64,000 nt of DNA from positions 149,331 to 213,330 of the forward strand of contig CAVXEP010000002.1 in NCBI GenBank assembly GCA_963760795.1, given 5' to 3'. Shown here in pieces: positions 59,764 through 64,000 of the stretch. A program made the position numbers and the translations under genes. How positions within the stretch are numbered: position 1 is the stretch's first letter; every line of letters starts with the position of its first letter. This DNA is from an uncultured delta proteobacterium (GTDB lineage Bacteria; Desulfobacterota; Binatia; UBA9968). The notes under the pieces are model-generated. The model searched no databases, was not told the origin of the DNA, and was given only the letters and a program-made list of their open reading frames with translations.

Positions 59764-60870
59764 GTGGCTTACTACCTGGACCTCTTCTCGCCGGAAACAT
59801 ACGAAGCTTTTGGTCGCTCGGACCGGACGATCTCCGGTTTTCGGCCTCGACAGCGGAGCGTGGCCGGAAAGATCCAACTTGGCGACAAACTAGTCTGCTA
59901 CATGACCCGTCTTTCTCGCTGGATTGGCGTTCTCGATGTCGTCGAAGGCCCTTTTAGCGATTCTACACCGATCTTTTACCCGACGGACGATCCGTTCACT
60001 GTTCGTTTCCGGGTCAGACCTACGATCTGGCTAAGGCTGGACAAAACGGTACCAATCCATGACGACGTCATGTGGACCAACCTTTCCTTCACCCAGAAGC
60101 TTCCTAAAAATTCTGGTGCCTGGACAGGCAAGGTCAGAGGAAGTCTCGGACGCTTGGAAGATGACGATGGCGCGCACATCGAGAAGATTCTTCGCCAACA
60201 GGAGAACGGCGGCACCGAGTTCCCAGTTGACGAGGACGACTTCCGCCGGTTGCTCGACCATCGCATTCGGCGCGCGGATCGCGACATCACCGTAACGGTT
60301 CCCGAGGATGCCGATCCTCAGCCTGCTACGCTCGTCAACGAAGTGCCGGAGGTGCGCGAATCAATTCGCATTCAAGCGCTGCTCGCCGAGATTGGGGCTA
60401 AGATGGGAATGCAAATTTGGCTACCACGCTCGGACCGCGGCGCCGTGTTGGCCGAGTGGCGAGGCGCGGAGCAGCCGCTTCTCGATCGTCTGCCCTTGAA
60501 CTACGACGACACTACGTTGAGGACGATCGAGCAGATCGACGTCCTTTGGCTGAGAGGCCGATCGATCAGACGGGCGTTCGAGGTCGAGCACACCACCTCG
60601 ATTTACTCTGGCATCCTTCGAATGGCCGACCTGTTGGCGCTCCAGCCAAACATGGATATCCATCTGCATATTGTCGCGCCAGCGATCCGTCGCGACAAGG
60701 TATTTCAGGAAATTCGGCGGCCTGTGTTTTCACTGTTGGACCGCGGCCCGCTCTCGGAGAATTGCACGTTCATCTCCTATGATAGCGTTCGAGAGCTGTC
60801 GGGCCTACCGCATTTGGCGCATCTGTCAGACTCGGTTCTCGTCGACTACGAAGAGGAGGCTGACGAGTAA
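59764..60870 (+). CDS. EVE-domain protein fused to a restriction-endonuclease-like C-terminal domain
   Basis: N-terminal YYLDLFSPETYEAF...GDKLVCYMTRLSRWIGVLDV (EVE/PUA-like); C-terminal IDVLWL...AFEVEHTTSIYSGILRMADL (PD-(D/E)xK-like variant). Confidence 0.75.
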   Translation: MAYYLDLFSPETYEAFGRSDRTISGFRPRQRSVAGKIQLGDKLVCYMTRLSRWIGVLDVVEGPFSDSTPIFYPTDDPFTVRFRVRPTIWLRLDKTVPIHDDVMWTNLSFTQKLPKNSGAWTGKVRGSLGRLEDDDGAHIEKILRQQENGGTEFPVDEDDFRRLLDHRIRRADRDITVTVPEDADPQPATLVNEVPEVRESIRIQALLAEIGAKMGMQIWLPRSDRGAVLAEWRGAEQPLLDRLPLNYDDTTLRTIEQIDVLWLRGRSIRRAFEVEHTTSIYSGILRMADLLALQPNMDIHLHIVAPAIRRDKVFQEIRRPVFSLLDRGPLSENCTFISYDSVRELSGLPHLAHLSDSVLVDYEEEADE

Positions 60871-61030
60871 CCGTGCTTCCTAACGAATTGTTGTAGCAAA
60901 CGGGAAATTTGACGAATGCTCTCTCCGCTCGCTTTTATGGATTCGCCCGCCACTGAACATTGGCGTCATATCGCGCAACGTCTGCTTTAATCTGAGTGTC
61001 CTTTTGTAGGGGCATGATGAGCCTTTGTAA

Positions 61031-62205
61031 ATGAGCCAACCTATGAACCAAGAAACATCTCCGGCCATTACTAAACGCTCCCGCGTCGATCAGGTAGGCA
61101 GTCTGCTTCGCCCCAAGCACTCAAAGATGCTTACGCCCGCCACGGCAACGGCGAAATCGGCGATGCCGAATTGACGCAGATCCAAGATGAGTCAGTCAAA
61201 GAACTCATCGCAAAACAAGAAACTCACGGCCTATCGATCCTGACCGACGGCGAATATCGCCGGCTGAACTTTCAAGATAGCTTCGTCGAGTCGGTCGCGG
61301 GATTTATTCCCAAGAAACAAACCATGCAGTTTCAGGAGAGCCGCACCGTCGGCGGGGAAGCGTTGCAGCGATGGGTGCCGGACTCGGGGAAAACCGATCC
61401 GGCGATGCAATACTGGCGGCCGATCGCTGAGCGGTTGCGACTCGCGCACAATGTGCCGCTGAAGGAATGGCAATCCGCTTCGGCGCTGACTAAGAAACCG
61501 GTGAAAGTGACGCTCATCGCCACCGACCGCATATGTGAAAACTTCCAGCGGCAGAACGCAGCCGGAGTTTACGCCAGCGCCGAGGAGTATCGTGCCGACG
61601 TGATCGCCATCGAACGCGAGATCGTCAAGCAATTAGCCGAGGCCGGTTGTCCCTACATTCAACACGATGCTCCGGCCTACACCGCTTACGTCGACGCCAA
61701 GTCACTGGAGCGCATGCGCGGCCTGGGCATCGATCCGATGCGGCAAATGACTCAATCGATTGAAGCTGACAATGCGGTTATCGATGGGATCTCTGGCGTC
61801 ACCTTCGGCATCCACCTGTGTCGCGGTAATGTGCGCAGCATGTGGCACCGTGAGGGCGGCTACGACGCCATCGCTGAGAAGCTATTCAACAGCCTGCATC
61901 ACGATCGCCTGCTATTGGAATACGACACCGAGCGCGCCGGCACCTTTGCGCCATTGAGATTCGTCCCGAAGGATAAAATTGTCGTCCTCGGTTTGGTCAG
62001 CAGCAAAGTCCCGGAATTGGAATCGGCGGATGGCTTAAAAAGACGCATCGACGAAGCCAGCCGCTACATTCCCTTGGAACAACTCGCCCTGAGCCCGCAG
62101 TGCGGCTTCTCATCGAACATCGTCGGCAATTTGCTAAGCGAAGACGACCAGTGGCGTAAGCTTGAACTGATTCAGCGAGTCGCCGAGGACGTCTGGGGAA
62201 AGTAG
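61031..62205 (+). CDS. Cobalamin-independent methionine synthase catalytic-domain-only protein (frameshift near 61115)
   Basis: VDQVGSLLRP, TDGEYRR, YIQHDAP, IHLCRGN, LLEYD, LGLVSSK, LSPQCGF (zinc ligands H, C, E, C). Confidence 0.88.
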
Positions 62206-62220
62206 AGATTACACGAATTT

Positions 62221-62352
62221 ATCTCGCAAAGGCGCAAGGGTCGGAGAGATCGCCATTTCGACCGATCAGAGAAATCGCACTTAGATCCCTCGCATCCACT
62301 CGGGATGACGGACCTCGGTCCGTCACTTGGCGTCTTTGCGCCTTTGCGAGAA
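62221..62352. repeat. Nested repeat: CGCAAAGGCGCAA...TTGCGCCTTTGCG arms enclosing a GTCAT-type REP pair
   Basis: ctcgcaaaggcgcaag ... agatccctcgcatccactcgggatgac ... ctttgcgcctttgcgag. Confidence 0.7.
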
Positions 62353-62385
62353 ACAATCCGATTCCCTTGCGGCTCGGCAGCACGA

Positions 62386-62586
62386 TCAGCGTGCGCTGGC
62401 ATAGTATTCAACGCGGCGCTCGAAATAGGCGACCGCTTCGGAGAGCCCGAAGGCGAAGGTAAACACGATGATGACCAGCGCCCAGAACTCCTCCATGAGA
62501 AAATGTTGCGAATAGAGCTCGAACAATTCGCCGACGCCGATAATCGCGATCAACAGCTGGCCGATAACCACGCCTTTGACTCCGCG
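62386..62586 (-). CDS. 3' fragment of an SsuC/TauC-type ABC permease, cut at the junction
   Basis: RGVKGVVIGQLLIAIIGVGELFELYSQHFLMEEFWALVIIVFTFAFGLSEAVAYFERRVEYYASAR*. Confidence 0.7.
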   Translation of the reverse strand, partial: RGVKGVVIGQLLIAIIGVGELFELYSQHFLMEEFWALVIIVFTFAFGLSEAVAYFERRVEYYASAR

Positions 62587-63426
62587 GACCTCTACGAGGT
62601 GGACGACGGCCACCTGCTGCTGGTGGCCAGCGACCGCATCTCCGCCTTCGACGTGGTCCTGGACGACCCCGTCCCCGGCAAGGGCGAGGTGCTGACCGCC
62701 CTGACCGTGTTCTGGCTGGAGCTGCTCGCCGACCTGGTCCCCAACCACCTGGTCGGCTGGCGGGCGTCGGAGCTGCCCCCGTCCGCGGGCCACCTGGCCG
62801 GCCGGGCCATGCTGGTCCGGCGCCTGGAGATGGTGCCGTTCGAGTGCGTGGCCCGGGGCTACCTGGTCGGGTCGGGCTGGAAGGACTACCAGGCCACCGG
62901 GGGCGGTGTGCGGCATCCCGCTGCCGGACGGGCTGCGCCAGGCCGACCGGCTGCCCGGGGCCATCTTCACCCGGCGACCAAGGCCACCTCCGGCCACGAC
63001 GAGAACGTCTCGGAGGCCGAGGTCGCCGAGGCCCTCGGGCGCGACCTGGCCGGCCGCCTCCGCGACCTGACCCTGGAGGTCTACCGGCGGCGTGCCGAGC
63101 ACGCGGCCCGGCGCGGCATCCTGCTCGCCGACACCAAGCTCGAGTTCGGCCGCCACGGCGACCAGCTGGTGCTGGCCGACGAGGTCCTCACCCCCGACTC
63201 CTCCCGGTTCTGGCCGGCCGGCGGCTGGTCCCCGGGCCACTCCCCGCCCTCGTTCGACAAGCAGTACGTCCGCGACTGGCTTCAGGACCACACCTGGGAC
63301 CAGCGCCCCCCGGCCCCGCCGCTGCCCCCCGACGTGGTCGCCGGCACCGCCGCCCGCTACCGCGAGGCCTACGAACGCCTCGCCGGCCGCCCCCTCGACA
63401 CCTGGCTGGCTGAGGCCAGGGGGTAG
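62587..63426 (+). CDS. purC: SAICAR synthetase, 5'-truncated, actinobacterial type (compensating frameshifts ~62905-62970)
   Basis: DLYEVD..LLLVASDRISAFD, GKGEVLT, PFECVARGYLVGSGW, ATKA..GHDEN, LADTKLEFG, DEVLTPDSSRFW, FDKQYVRDWL. Confidence 0.93.
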   Translation, partial: DLYEVDDGHLLLVASDRISAFDVVLDDPVPGKGEVLTALTVFWLELLADLVPNHLVGWRASELPPSAGHLAGRAMLVRRLEMVPFECVARGYLVGSGWKDYQATGGGVRHPAAGRAAPGRPAARGHLHPATKATSGHDENVSEAEVAEALGRDLAGRLRDLTLEVYRRRAEHAARRGILLADTKLEFGRHGDQLVLADEVLTPDSSRFWPAGGWSPGHSPPSFDKQYVRDWLQDHTWDQRPPAPPLPPDVVAGTAARYREAYERLAGRPLDTWLAEARG

Positions 63427-63441
63427 CGTCGCCGGCCGGGA

Positions 63442-63694
63442 TCAGTTGACCTCGATCGATACTTCGTAGACCTCGGTCGTCGGGTGACCCGCGCGCTCGT
63501 GGATCCGCATGACCGCCTCCTTGCTCGGCCCGGTGGACAGGCAGAACACCTTGCCGGCTTCCGGGTCGAGCCAGGCCTTCTCGAAGTGCACCCCCTCGTC
63601 GGCCTCGAGGTCCTAGGTCTTCGGAGTGCGCCGCGTCGAGCTGCTGTGCGGTGACGCCGACGAAGCCCTCGTGCACGTCCATGAACCTGGCCAT
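63442..63694 (-). CDS. DUF4242 / SCO4226-like small metal-binding protein (frameshift near 63612)
   Basis: GAGGAG RBS; MARFMDVH...AAHSEDL..EGVHFEKAWLDPEAGKVFCLSTGPSKEAVMRIHERAGHP. Confidence 0.8.
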
Positions 63695-63802
63695 GTCCAC
63701 TCCTCAGGTAACTGGTTGATGTCCTGGTCAGACTGCCCTCGGCCGGGGAGTCGGACATCGGTCAGTGACCTAGAACCGGTTCGGCTGACCTAAAGTCGCG
63801 GG

Positions 63803-64000
63803 GTGGGCGCGTCCGTGGCAGGTCCGGTCAGTCCCGTGCTGGTCGGCCGGGACGATCTGCTGGCGCTGGCCAACCGCCGGCTCGCGGCGGCGGCCGGTGG
63901 GGTGGGCGAGCTGTTGTTCTTCGCGGGCGAGGCGGGGATCGGCAAGTCGCGCCTGCTGGCCGCGGTCACCGAGGCCGCCAGCCGGCGGTCGTTCGGCGTG
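63803..64000 (+). CDS. LuxR-family AAA-ATPase (LAL) regulator, 5' part
   Basis: SPVLVGRDD...LLFFAGEAGIGKSRLL (Walker A); runs off the window. Confidence 0.75.
   Translation, partial: MGASVAGPVSPVLVGRDDLLALANRRLAAAAGGVGELLFFAGEAGIGKSRLLAAVTEAASRRSFGV

Noticed and set aside
60890-61030. Possible cobalamin riboswitch upstream of the MetE-like gene (aaacgggaa ... gcccgccactg)
   Set aside because: The GGTG-AA-TCC loop and the downstream AGYCAGRAGACC box are missing; an Rfam cobalamin scan would settle it
62305-63426. Novel PurC fusion protein (373-aa ORF)
   Set aside because: The N-terminal part is a repeat plus the antisense of a permease, joined to purC at the chimeric junction
1-64000. About 20 frameshifts read as mass pseudogenisation or programmed frameshifting
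   Set aside because: They are single-base indels, several in short homopolymers, spread over unrelated genes on both sides of the chimeric junction, with intact catalytic motifs; long-read error is the simpler explanation

Overview
Bases 1 to ~62585 look like one bacterial genome of moderate GC. I infer a Candidatus Binatia-like soil organism from the many orphan NMT1/SsuA-type substrate-binding proteins and the dense palindromic/heptamer intergenic repeats. It is a catabolic region: oxidoreductases, decarboxylases, a reductive-dehalogenase-like protein, a molybdenum hydroxylase cluster with two large subunits, two heme-oxygenase-like diiron proteins, a hydroxycinnamoyl-CoA catabolic operon, amidohydrolases and an EVE-domain nuclease. 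A ~16.5 kb accessory island (~26626-43050) follows an asparaginase gene. It carries a 273-bp duplicate of that gene's 3' end, two transposase remnants, and two paralogous DUF1800/DUF1501 pairs flanking a minimal A-T + KS-AT-KR-ACP assembly line with no release domain. At ~62585 the sequence switches mid-gene to very GC-rich actinobacterial-type DNA (purC, DUF4242, LuxR-AAA), most likely an assembly chimera. Roughly 20 single-base frameshifts in otherwise intact genes point to long-read errors rather than real pseudogenes. No rRNA, tRNA or CRISPR array was recognised. All family calls come from motif recognition by eye, not from database searches.
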